This document shows, piece by piece, positions 37,962 through 51,199 of a stretch of 51,199 nucleotides of DNA (the stretch's first letter is position 1; each line of letters opens with the position of its first letter). This stretch comes from Octopus sinensis (taxonomy: Eukaryota): contig NW_021834175.1 in the NCBI RefSeq assembly GCF_006345805.1, forward strand, positions 1 through 51,199, read 5' to 3'. The position numbers and the translations under genes are program-made. Below the pieces are notes generated by a model. The model had not been told where the DNA came from. It did not search any database and was given only the letters and a program-made list of their open reading frames with translations.

Positions 37962-38601
37962 GTGACACAGGACGTCACGAAACGTGTACAGCAAAAGAGT
38001 TCGAAGCACAAGTACATGGAACATGAACTATTTTTTCGAACATCGAAAAACACAAAAGGAAAGCAAAACAAAAAACATAAAGAACGACCCTTCCTCAGAT
38101 GTGGAATGTTTTTCTAGTCTCGTATTTCGAGCATTTAGCAACAATAAACGCTTTCGATAAAACAGTTGCTCCATCAAAGCAAATTAAATAATATTTGGGA
38201 TTTTGCGGAGGGTCAAATAGGTAACACAAACAGGACAGTGAAAACAAACAGGAAGGGTTTCTAAGCCTAAACGAGATTGTGATGGCGAACGCGTAAATCA
38301 AGCTAGGACAGGAGACAAACAAGAACACGTCTTCCCTGTTCCAGCTAAAACGAAGAGAAAGAAAGATGGCCAATCGTCACGTGGGAGCTACTTGAGCAAG
38401 GGAGGAGGAATGAGGGAGAGAGAGTGACAGAGTAATATGGTAATATGATAGACCAGTGGGAGAAGAGGAGGTAAAAGAATAAGAGAGAAAAAGAGAGAAA
38501 ACCAAAAGAGTAAAAAGATCGTATAAAATACGCATCAGAATTTTTAAGATAAAAGTTACTTGGAAGAAGATGCATGGCGTTCAATCATATAAAAATATAA
38601 A

Positions 38602-39154
38602 TCTATACATATAAATTTAACATGGGCGATTCTTTCTTGTCTTGGGATTTACGGTCAAACGTCTGGGTGGAACTGCGCAAAAGATTACAAAGATGTACAG
38701 AATGATGCGGTGGTGATGTATTTGTATTTCTTCATAGCACTTTTGGTTACCGAGATAATCTACTATAATAATGCTCTTGTGTTTATGAATGAGAAAGGAA
38801 GGGGTGATAGATAAATATGGAAGGAAGGGGTGAGCATTTCAACTCTGTGTGAATATATGTGTGTGTATGTAAAAGGGGGATATATGAGTGTTTGTTTGTA
38901 TGTGTGCGCGCACGCAATGGAAGCGGGATGGTTCAGCTTTGTTCGCTTAGTATTTGTGTATATTTTTTGATTTGCTTAAATCTTGGCTGTTTTTTTGTTG
39001 GTTAGTTATTTTTTAGTGTTTTGACAGAAAAAAGTCATTCTAACATTATGTCTTTTTAACATAAGCGTGCCCAAACAAGGCGAATGCTTACACAGAGCAG
39101 GTTTTACAGCCACATCATCCAAACCGACCGGGTAAAACCGGGCTTAGCTGCTAG
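38602..39154 (+). mobile_element. Probable non-autonomous Helitron
   Basis: Starts a^TCtatacatataaa and ends ...ccgggtaaaaccgggcttagctgCTAG^t, i.e. 5'-TC / CTAG-3' ends in an AT target with a short GC-rich subterminal hairpin. Confidence 0.55.
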
Positions 39155-39158
39155 TGAT

Positions 39159-39194
<36 letters not shown>

Positions 39195-39221
39195 TCATAC
39201 GGGTAAATATGGTGGCGCCCT

Positions 39222-40155
39222 ATCGATAATAGTCCACTTGATGCTAGGTGTTTCGACTCGGAGACCACGAAGTCTCCAGAGAAAGTGCTAGTAGAATGTG
39301 GAGTTCTCTCTGTCCCTGGAGTTAAATGAATGCAAGTTTTGGGAATACTTTCCCTTGAAGTCATTGGCTATCATGCCCGTGTAGTACCTAGTAATGTCAT
39401 CGGATGGAGTAAGGGTGGCTTTGTATAATATAGCCCTTGAGAGGCAGGATGCTCCTAGAGGGTAGGTGGTAGGGTTTCGGAGTTGCAGGTTAGGGGTTGT
39501 GTGAGTGCATTTTTTACGTCTATTGATGCGATGTTGTCTAAGCAGGAGTAACTTACCTTCACATTATGGGGGTTGAAGAGTTCGTAATACTTATGATCTC
39601 TGGGGAAATGTTTCTTTATTATCGATAGGAAGCCCCTGGCTACGCTGGCAGAAACTTCTAGGTTACATAGGGGTTATACCAGAGTACTTTCTTTTTCCTA
39701 ATTCTCTTGAGGTGAGGAGAAGGGGTTTGGGATTCGTCCACATAGTAAGCTTCTCAGAAAATCGGCTCCCAGCCAAAATATTGTTGTTGTGGGGTGCAGC
39801 CCTATTAAAGATCCCCATATTGGCTGAGAGTTTAGGGACCCGGTATCTAATGCTTGAAACCAGATTTCTAATTACAGTTGGGTAGTGGTGGTAGTGGTGG
39901 TGGTTTGAGCTCTGTGGATAACCACAAGAAATCCAGGGACAGAGAGAACTCCACTTTCCTGTCGTGTTTTCTCTGGAAACTTCGTGACCTCTGAGACGAA
40001 ACACCCAGCATCAAGTGGGCTGTTATCGACACAGCGTCACTATATTCACTCGGCGCCCATAAATTCCCCTTATGTGCCTCCGCGAAAAACTGCATATCAT
40101 CTACGAATGTGCAGTATCCATCAACAAGAAATATGAGGTTTCTCATCCCTTGTAC
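39222..40155 (-). pseudogene. Decayed Penelope element 3: GIY-YIG region plus inverted terminal copy
   Basis: The minus strand reads KKVLWYNP..VARGFLSIIKKHFPRDHKYYELFNPHNVKVSYSCLDN..LGASCLSRAILYKA..YYTG..SFNSRDRENST..SIKWTIID. 39933-40150 (+) is an inverted copy of the C-terminal part. Confidence 0.75.
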
Positions 40156-40758
40156 ATCACCCATCGTACATGACCACACGATCTATGTGCACATGCGCGT
40201 GCATGTGCTTGAGTGTGCATATGCATCTGCTCACCGCATAAATGAACATTGTTGTGTGTGCGTGGGCGTACATGTGGGTGCATGAGCGCCCATACACATG
40301 TGTACGCGTGCGTGTGCATGTATGTACAAGTGCACGCTCGCATGTGCGTGTGCTCGTGTGCATATGTACATGGAGATAAAGGTGAGCATGTGTGTCCGTG
40401 TGTGCGTGTGTGTGTGCGCGCGTGTATGTATATACGTGCGCGCGTGTGCCTTCGTGTGTGTGTATGTGTGTGTGTGGTTGTGCCTATTCGTGTGTGTGTG
40501 TGCGCGTTTGTGCGCGGATGTGTGAATGTACATCTAAGCCCACATGCACACTCGTATGAGTCCTAAAGCATACACGCATATATGTGGACATATACATGTA
40601 CACATCTACCACTCCTTCCTACCACCCGACCGTATCTTGTGCACCAAGTAGTCGATTTCCTGTTCACCATGCGGTATTTTCCATCTAACTGCTGTCACTA
40701 AACACCAACATAAATACCGCGTGATCTTTCTCGACCAATCGTAGGCTAATGTCCAGTA

Positions 40759-40789
<31 letters not shown>

Positions 40790-40849
40790 TGTATGTATGT
40801 ATGTATGTATGTATGTATGTATGTATGTATGTATATATGTATGTATGTA

Positions 40850-43165
<2,316 letters not shown>

Positions 43166-43337
43166 CACACAGCCATTCCTGCGCCTATATATATATATAT
43201 ATATATACACACGCACACAAATGTATGTCATATATATATATATGCATATACATATATATATATATATATGTGTTTGTGTGTCTGTGTCTGTGTGTATCTA
43301 GCTAACTATATATATATGCATACACACACCTATATAT

Positions 43338-43380
<43 letters not shown>

Positions 43381-43759
43381 AGGAGAGAGAGAGAGAAAGA
43401 AAGAGAGAGAGGTTTACATTGCTTAATAGATGTCACCTTTATACTTTTGATTAGATACCTGGAATACTGCAAAAATTGTAGTTGTAAGGATTCAAATATA
43501 TTGCACATAAATACAGCCTTACATCTGTTTTTGGGGATACATTATCAGGACTGCCATATAACAACATCTCAGTAAAAAAAATAAAATGAAAAATATCAAT
43601 GTATATGGATTTCTGCAACCGACTTCTATTGGAAAGAATTATTTGAATCTTATACAAAACATCTATAATGATTTCTCCCACTCATTTGAAAACTTTAAAC
43701 TATAATCCTATTCGCATTATAATGTGAGAATTTTGTATTCGTATCTTGACAACATCATT

Positions 43760-44500
43760 CTTCAATTTTGCGCTACCCACTAAGCTACCATTTCGTACAG
43801 ATGTTGTTTCATGCATGACAAAAGATTCATGACCCAATACAATGACATGTGGCGTGTTTCGAACGGTGTTCTCTGATGTAGCCCCAAAACTTGTTTGAGT
43901 ACAGATTGATTTCATCAGTGATAATCGTAAACAAATGAATGACAAAAATCTCATTGAAAAACAACAAAATTTCATTGTTGAGAATGTCGAAACGACATCT
44001 TTACAAATGATGTGCATTGGTGTAAAAATACAGCCTGGTTGGAGAGCAGCTCGTTAAAGAACGCATTGAGTGGATAAAATACGGAGCATGTTAGCTACTA
44101 TGTGACATTTGCGCGCTAGAAGCGGCCATGTTGCCGTTTTGATTATGAATTCAACTTGGAAACGAAGGGGGTAGCACGCTCATATACAAATAACTTTCAA
44201 TGAAGCTAGTTATCCAGATCTTGTAAAATAACATCTCCTAGGTGTTTATATCGTGATGCAAGAAAACATTAGAAGAGGTAAATATATAGTAGCAGTCGAC
44301 TTCAACGAGGAGAAGATTAAGCAGCAACTTCTCTATGCAACAAAAGCAATGTGTTATACGATGTGCATGCATCAATTTGGTGGTATTTGTAAGCAGTTTA
44401 TCAGAATGGTAGCCGTTGATAAAATACGGTTTTATTACATTTCCAGACGAACCACGTCAATACGAAGTGATTGGGCAATGCACTAAATCTCAGACACATC
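43760..44500 (+). pseudogene. Possible highly decayed Helitron Rep (HUH) relic
   Basis: Broken-frame peptides occur in Rep order: CGVFRTVFSDVAPKLV*VQIDFISDNRKQM (cf. GRLFQQYxVDxYxKIExxRLxxIRxNQxxL), WKRRG*HAHIQI (cf. QKRGLPHAH), YPDLVK*H, ACINL..IKY, DEPRQY. Similarity judged from memory only. Confidence 0.4.
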
Positions 44501-44718
44501 TTCAGAAAATATAGAGTTTATTGACAGGAAGATCTGAAGTATTTAATTAAACATGACTTTTACAAACCAACTGAAAATACCACTGAAGACATTATTATAT
44601 AGATTGATGTGAGTGCGGGGTCGGTGTGGGTGTATGAGTCCATTCAGAAAGTTTTACCACCGCATGTCTACTTAGCATCTTACATAAATCGATATATAGA
44701 TGCACATACATACATACA

Positions 44719-44749
<31 letters not shown>

Positions 44750-44914
44750 CATACACGCTGTATACAAACACATATATACATAAAATAAAAATACTTGTGT
44801 ATGTAAATGTATTTATGTTTCTCTATACGCATGCATATACATTGTATGTTTACACACATATACACACGATATTATATATATATATGTAAATAAATAAATA
44901 TGTATATATATTGT

Positions 44915-44960
<46 letters not shown>

Positions 44961-45614
44961 GTAAATAAATAATATAGTCATTGTATATATATATAATGTA
45001 AAAAAATAATATAGTCATTGTATATATATATATGTAAATAAATAAATAATGTATATAGTGTGTATATATATATATATATAATGTACATAAAATAATATAG
45101 ACACTATATACTACACAAGCATTATACATACGCTTATCAACACTCGTATTTACAATACATTCTATAGATACAATGATACAATAGGTTTATGCATATAATA
45201 TAATTCAGATTCAAATAAGACGTACACAATATATGTACACATAAAATATACAGATGCGATATTTACACACAGCAAACAAACATAATGTACACATACATAT
45301 TCATACACACTCTTGTACGCACACACATTTAAAAAATATACACAATGCAAACGAAGTAAACATATACAAAATAAGCAAACGAAATAACTGTAAAAGGTAT
45401 TTTGTATAGATGGATAAATGCGCTTATATGCTTATGTAATATGTGTAAGCGGTGTGAGCGAAATTGAAGGTAATGGTATAGAATCTTGGATGTGTTCATT
45501 TAGCAGCTGGAGCAAAATAAATGCTGCATTTCATTTCACATTCATTGCAAAGGTTAACTTATTATTTGCTTGCGCATTCTCTGTTTTCTTGTCTATCTTT
45601 CCAATTGACATCTG

Positions 45615-45684
<70 letters not shown>

Positions 45685-46145
45685 ACAATAGGCGTTTACC
45701 ATACAGTAGCAGTGAACCAAGCCAGTACTGGATTTCAAATCCGGTTGCAACTGTTTCACTTAATTTACCACGTTCAAATCCCTGAAATGGTATGCCAGTA
45801 GAGGAGAGTGTCACCTCTTATTGCAACGCGTTATATATATATATCTATTATAATATATATATATATATAATATATATATAATGTATGTATACTAATATCT
45901 ACATATAAACATATGCATATGCATATAATATATTATATATAATATATATATATATATATTATTTTATATATATATATATGTGTGTGTTGTGTGGTGTGTG
46001 TGAGTATGCGTGTGTATGTATGTATATATGGTTATACGTATGTATCAAGGCGTAAGACAACAAAATCATTGTTTTTATCCGACATTATCACACAGTTATG
46101 CTTGTATCAACAGATATAAACTTCACCGTTTGCTTCGCAATCATG

Positions 46146-47266
46146 TATAGGGATGGTCCGAAAGTCTTGTTACTCCGATCGAAAAGTAAGAAGAACAACA
46201 GAGGAACGATATAATAACATCAAACACATGTAACTGGTTTTAGTATATTCACTTTCATTGACACTGAGAGTGTCACACATCGAGAAGGTATGTTTGAACA
46301 CCAACAACTTCGTAAAATGTCGCGTAGGACATGACGCCGCATCATTTTGTGTCCCGAAAATGATGTTGTTCATACAGATATTCTCGACAGTGTGACAGTT
46401 TCAGTGTCAAAAGAAGTGAATATACTAAAATCAGTTGATATTAGAAGCAATAACTGCCAAATTAGGATTGAAAGTCAACCGCGACAAATCAAAAATTATG
46501 CGCATTAATGAAGAAAACAGCGAACGTATTAAACTAGAAACCGGTGAACTAGAGAATTTAGCCGAGTTTACGTATTTAGGTAGTAAGATAACGTTTTCAG
46601 GCGGCACCGACAAAGATATTAAGACGAGAATAATTAAGGCAAGGACCGCTTTTCACCTGTTAAAGAAAGTATGGAGCGCAAGTGTAATTTCAATAAAGAA
46701 CAAAATAAGAATCTTTAACACTAACGTAAAAGCGGTGTTATTGTATGGGGCTGAGACATGGCGAACAACAGTTAAGTCAAATAAGCAAATACAATCATTC
46801 ATCAACAGATGCTTGCGTAATATACTTAAAATTAGATGGCCCAAACACATAAGCGATATGGAGCTACGGCAACGAACAAATCAAGTTTCGATTAGGGAAC
46901 AAATATTTAAGAAAAAGTGGAAGTGGATTGGTAGCACAATTAGAAAAGACACACCAAATGTAGCGAAAAGTGCTTTACAGTGGAAACCGGATGGATATAG
47001 GAGAGGCAGGCCTAAGAACTTGTGGCGTAGGTCAACACAAAAGGAAATAAAGAAAGGGGGACATTCATGGCAGAGTATTAATACAGAAGCCAAAAATTAT
47101 GCGACATGGAATTCAACTATAATCCGCGTTCGAGGGTTAAAGGCATAAAGAAAGAAAGAAAAGTTGATATTATATTGTGATATATATGTGTTTGATATTA
47201 TATTGTTCCTCTACTGTTCTTATTACTTTTCGGTAGTGAGTGACAAGACTTTCAGACCACTCTATA
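46146..47266. mobile_element. TA-flanked MITE/foldback interrupted by a LINE
   Basis: Left arm 46146-46300 pairs with a right arm split into 46350-46443 and 47162-47266; ends tatagggatggtc / gaccactctata. Confidence 0.75.
46444..47161 (+). mobile_element. 5'-truncated RTE/RTE-X LINE with open 3' ORF and 11-bp TSD
   Basis: ORF 46435..47148: GLKVNRDKSKIM..FTYLGS..DIKTRIIKARTAF..IFNTNVKAVLLYGAETW..FINRCLRNIL..RGRPK. (gaaa)n tail; TSD agttgatatta at 46433-46443 and 47162-47172. Confidence 0.9.
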
Positions 47267-47993
47267 GTTAAGGATTCGATCTCACAGTAAATCAGACACC
47301 ATGAGTCAAACCATATAACTGTAATTAGATTTTTCCATAACAGTGACGGAATCTCTAAAAAAATATATGATCTACTCTTTCCCCTTCGTTATAATGGCAA
47401 TTAAAGAATGGCCTGGAAGAGATTAACTGTTGTTTAGGTGTAGACATTACCATAGCTGTAGGCATGATTGTGGTGTTAAGAAATTCGGTTTAAAACCACG
47501 TGGTTTTGGGTTCACCTCTCCACTTCTGCAATGCCCTAGGAGTGAATACAGTACACAGAAACTGTGTATACATATATACACATGGGTGTGTATGTGTTTG
47601 CGTTTGTCCCCCATCATCGCTTGACAACCAGTGTTGGTTTTATGTATGTCCCCGTACATTAGCTCTTAAGCAAGAGGGCGATGTGTTCGATTAAAACACT
47701 GCAAGAGGCTGACTCAGTATAGCCACATTTTCATTGACTCAAACAAGTTAAGGATAAAAAGATAAGCAAAATGCAAAGATCCAGCAATGCTAATATTAAT
47801 GATTATCTTTAAAACTGTTTTCGGAAAGGTGAAAAAGACCGACATTGCGTGTCTAGTCCTTCGAGAAGAATATGTGTATGACGATACACACACACCACAC
47901 ACACATATATATATATATATAATATATATTCATATATATATTATATATATATCATATATACTATATATATATATATATAATATATATCTATAG

Positions 47994-48026
<33 letters not shown>

Positions 48027-50477
48027 ATATATTATATAGATATATATATACTATTATATATATTATATATATATAATATATTATATATATATTCGCTCGA
48101 TAATATATATATACATATTATATATATATATTATATATCTATATTTCTATATATGTATGTATTCATCTCTCGATATATATGTAGTATGTTTCGAAACTTA
48201 TGATCACCGTATCACCACCTCCAAGTTTTTCGCTTTGTGCATACGATCAAGTAGATGGCTAGTATCCAGCAATTTACACGCATCTCTTTTCAGTAAAATT
48301 TTGTCGAAGCTGTTGAAAGCAAATGACAAGATGGCTGAGTTTCAAGTTATATGTCAACAGTACTTTGTCATTTTCTCTAAAATGCAGTATCAAAATTTTC
48401 AAAATTGTGTTTGCAGATCGATATTATTTCTGTCTTTCTGTTCACTTTGGTGTGGGATAGTTTATGATATGATATTTGTTAGTCAAATACAAATTCCAAG
48501 AGTTTGAATTTTATTTGTATGAAGCAATTCTGTTCAAGATAGTTCTTGCAATATCAATAGACACATCTCTATCCTTCTTGTTGTTCGCTGGATTTTTTTC
48601 TCGAATCAACTTCTGTCCTCTTCCGGGTGTTGTTAATCTTCAATTGTAATCGGTGCTTCTGCAATTCGTCTTTCCCTTTAGATAGGGTTGTTGGCCCTAC
48701 GAAAACGTGTTTTACCTCTGGGTAAAATAGGTTTCAGTAAAGATTCTACTCTTTGAATCACTACAGGAGGCCCTACTATGAACTTGCGCTCCGTTGTCAC
48801 AGTTCTCAGGGTCTTTGAGGCACATAAACACTGCAGTAAGGATTGTACCATGTGGTGGGCGATAACTGCATTAAAACATAAATTTCACAGATCAGTGATC
48901 CGTGATTAATATTGCCGTTTTACCAACGGAAATGTACAAAACCGCAACTACAGGTTTATTACGGATCGATAACTCTCCTCATTAGCAATGACAGCCGAAT
49001 AAGATTTGGAAATTATCCATAATCTCCGACCTAAATATTCTCCAAGAATATCCTCAGCATATCCTCATTGACACCCATATTATCCACATTACACTGGCGC
49101 TCATTACATCCACTAACCTGCTGTAGAATACAAGAATTTCTCTTCTTGATCCATTAACCGATTTTGTATTCTCATATCTTAAAGTACGCTTCTTAACATG
49201 ATATGACAAACATAACTTTTAAGTTTAGTGCTGAAGAAATCGTTAAGAGCCATTCTTATTTCTTGCACATTAGCTGCGATGCCTTTCTAACATGTTTCCA
49301 GACTCTGTAATACCTCATTCTCAATTCTAGCTTATTTTATCACTATCTTTTTACTGAAAAATAAACGACTGAAATCTAATTTTTCTTTTCGACATCTAAG
49401 CACAATTTTTCATGTATTATAGTTCTTTTAATTCTTACTTAATGAGCTCAATAAACCGTCTCAATATAAACTTACATTCGAAAACTCAGGTGTTTGATTT
49501 CCAGTAATCAGAGACCTGTCTAAGTTTCTGGCTAAATTTAATTACATCCCTAAATTTGGGGTTGTAGGTGAAATTTCATTGAGTTCCAAATTGCATAGGG
49601 TCATAGCTAAATCGCCCAAACAAATAGCAAATATTTAAACGTGTAATCAGAAGTTCGGACACTGTACGCTACATTTACCTTCTAATCTTTGAATATTCTA
49701 TCTAAATACAACGTGAATGACTAGTTGAAATTTGTCTGATTTCACATTTGTGCATAAAGAAATCCATTCAGTCATCACCAGACAATATCTGAACAAATGT
49801 GTGATACTTTTGTTCAGTACACTTCCCTTTAAATCTCTACTCTCCCACAATCTCAACGTGCATTTAAGATGATGTTCCATCCCTTTTTATGAAGGCTGAA
49901 GAGTGGGATATTCCATGTAATACTTCCAGACGACTGGAGAAGTGACGTTACTCGCATTCTACCATGGCATAGATAGATATTACCTTTAATATAGCACATT
50001 TACATCTAGCCACCAGCTAGTTCCAAAGTATTTACAATATCTTATGATTTAGGCTTTCATAACGAAATTTTAAACCACTTGACTAAAGATGACAGAACAA
50101 GGCGTAAATCTCATTATCAGCGCATAGGTTCGAGAGTATTCTGCAATAGTCACTGTTACAGAATACTTTAAAGAGAATTACTATACTTACGTGCATTATT
50201 CTAGTATTTATATCTAATTGGGTATTATTTCTAAGAAACAGATTCTGGAGAAAGAGTTTCTATTGTAGTTTTGGTTTGAGCCCCTCGTCAGTTGATAAAA
50301 GGTTTCCCTTTCACTTACTTCCTCTACAACTTGTGAACTTGGTTGACATTTCCTTTGATGAACTAAATAGTTAAGAGTTTGATCTAAGGACGGCAACTTT
50401 AGAATCCACTCTTCTTCTTCTTCTTCTTCTTCTTCTTCTTTTCTTCTTCTTCTTCTCTTCTTCTTCTATTATTATTA

Positions 50478-51199
50478 TTATTATTCAGTAGTTTTATTTT
50501 TATAGCGTGCTTTCACTTCACTACGAGCGCAGCTCTGTGTGCCTTGGGTATGTGCTGTGATTGTTCTGATGCTCTGATGGTTATTGTATGAAAAGTGTTC
50601 TGCGCGGATGTGTGCAGTGCCTAGTAGTGTGCAATTTTCTGTATGTTATATGTGTTTGTAAGTCCTGGTGTTTTGTTATGTATATCTTCGTACGTTAGCT
50701 AATTTATTAGGGTTCATTGCTGTATCCAAGTCTATATCCCTATTATTTTCCTTCCATATTTTATATGTATGTGTTGTTGTATTTTCATTTTGGGGGTAGA
50801 GCATTGCTGTGAAGTATGCGTGTAAGATAGAAATGTATTCCTCACGTGTCCATTTACGTCTTTTGGGGTTTTAATTGCGGGACATGAGGTACAACGTCCG
50901 GCCCATTATTTTGACGGTCGTCATTTTCGTAGGGTACCGGTCCGTTTATTTCTGTTGTCACATTATTCGCACGTGTAGTTTTTCGTACATTTTTTGTTGT
51001 AGGGTTAATGTACGTACCGCTCGATTGTTATTCTTGGGTTGAATAGTATCGGGTGGCATTTAATTTCTTCGTAGTTCCTTTGTACATGGTATTGAGGTCG
51101 GGGATGATCGTGTTGTTCCACGCATGTTTCATGTGTTGTGTTAGAGGTGGAGATAATATCGAGTCAAAATACATCATTCGTTTCGAAATAGTAATAAAT
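50478..51199 (-). mobile_element. Internally deleted R4/Dong-type non-LTR element (runs off the window end)
   Basis: N-terminal peptide KRRKWTREEYISILHAYF...NKLANVRRY (50685-50864) is fused directly to the C-terminal TKTPGLTNTYNIQKIA-LLGTAHI..RTL (50585-50680), followed by the 3'UTR and an (aat)n tail. Confidence 0.7.

Noticed and set aside
38105-38180. Hammerhead-like UUUGAUG-GAGCA...UGCUC-GAAA on the minus strand, and GUGAC/GUCAC-GAAAC at ~37962-37990
   Set aside because: The core is incomplete and no valid stem I or cleavage triplet could be assembled; at most a degenerate relic.
40143-40566. H/T/C/V-rich ORFs
   Set aside because: They derive from a degenerate (CA/TG)/(GC) dinucleotide tract.
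48500-50400. Possible very old L1/Tx1-like ORF2 relic on the minus strand
   Set aside because: Only scattered weak motif resemblances were seen, with many stops and no diagnostic RT motif.

Overview
Repeat-saturated, AT-rich eukaryotic genomic DNA, most likely an Octopus (coleoid cephalopod) intergenic or intronic region. The organism call is inferred from the repeat families and microsatellite load and was not verified by a search. No intact host protein-coding gene is recognisable, and almost all long ORFs in the track are (TA)n/(CA)n/(CCT)n microsatellite artefacts. The real coding content is retroelement-derived. There are two near-complete Penelope-like elements (RT + GIY-YIG, one frameshift each) with opposite base composition, each carrying a type I hammerhead-ribozyme motif in its 3' region, plus two further decayed Penelope relics. 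RTE-, CR1/L2- and R4/Dong-type LINE fragments are also present. At least four tRNA-derived SINE families, several long inverted repeats/MITEs, a probable non-autonomous Helitron and a possible Helitron Rep relic complete the picture. The most notable observations are a hammerhead with a long extended stem II, SINE multimers with a fixed junction bounded by single TSDs at several loci, an internally deleted R4/Dong element, a SINE-LINE shared 3' hairpin with compensatory changes, a 162-bp duplication flanking a SINE, and a 264-bp near-perfect inverted repeat. Coordinates were read by eye and are approximate to a few bases unless stated.
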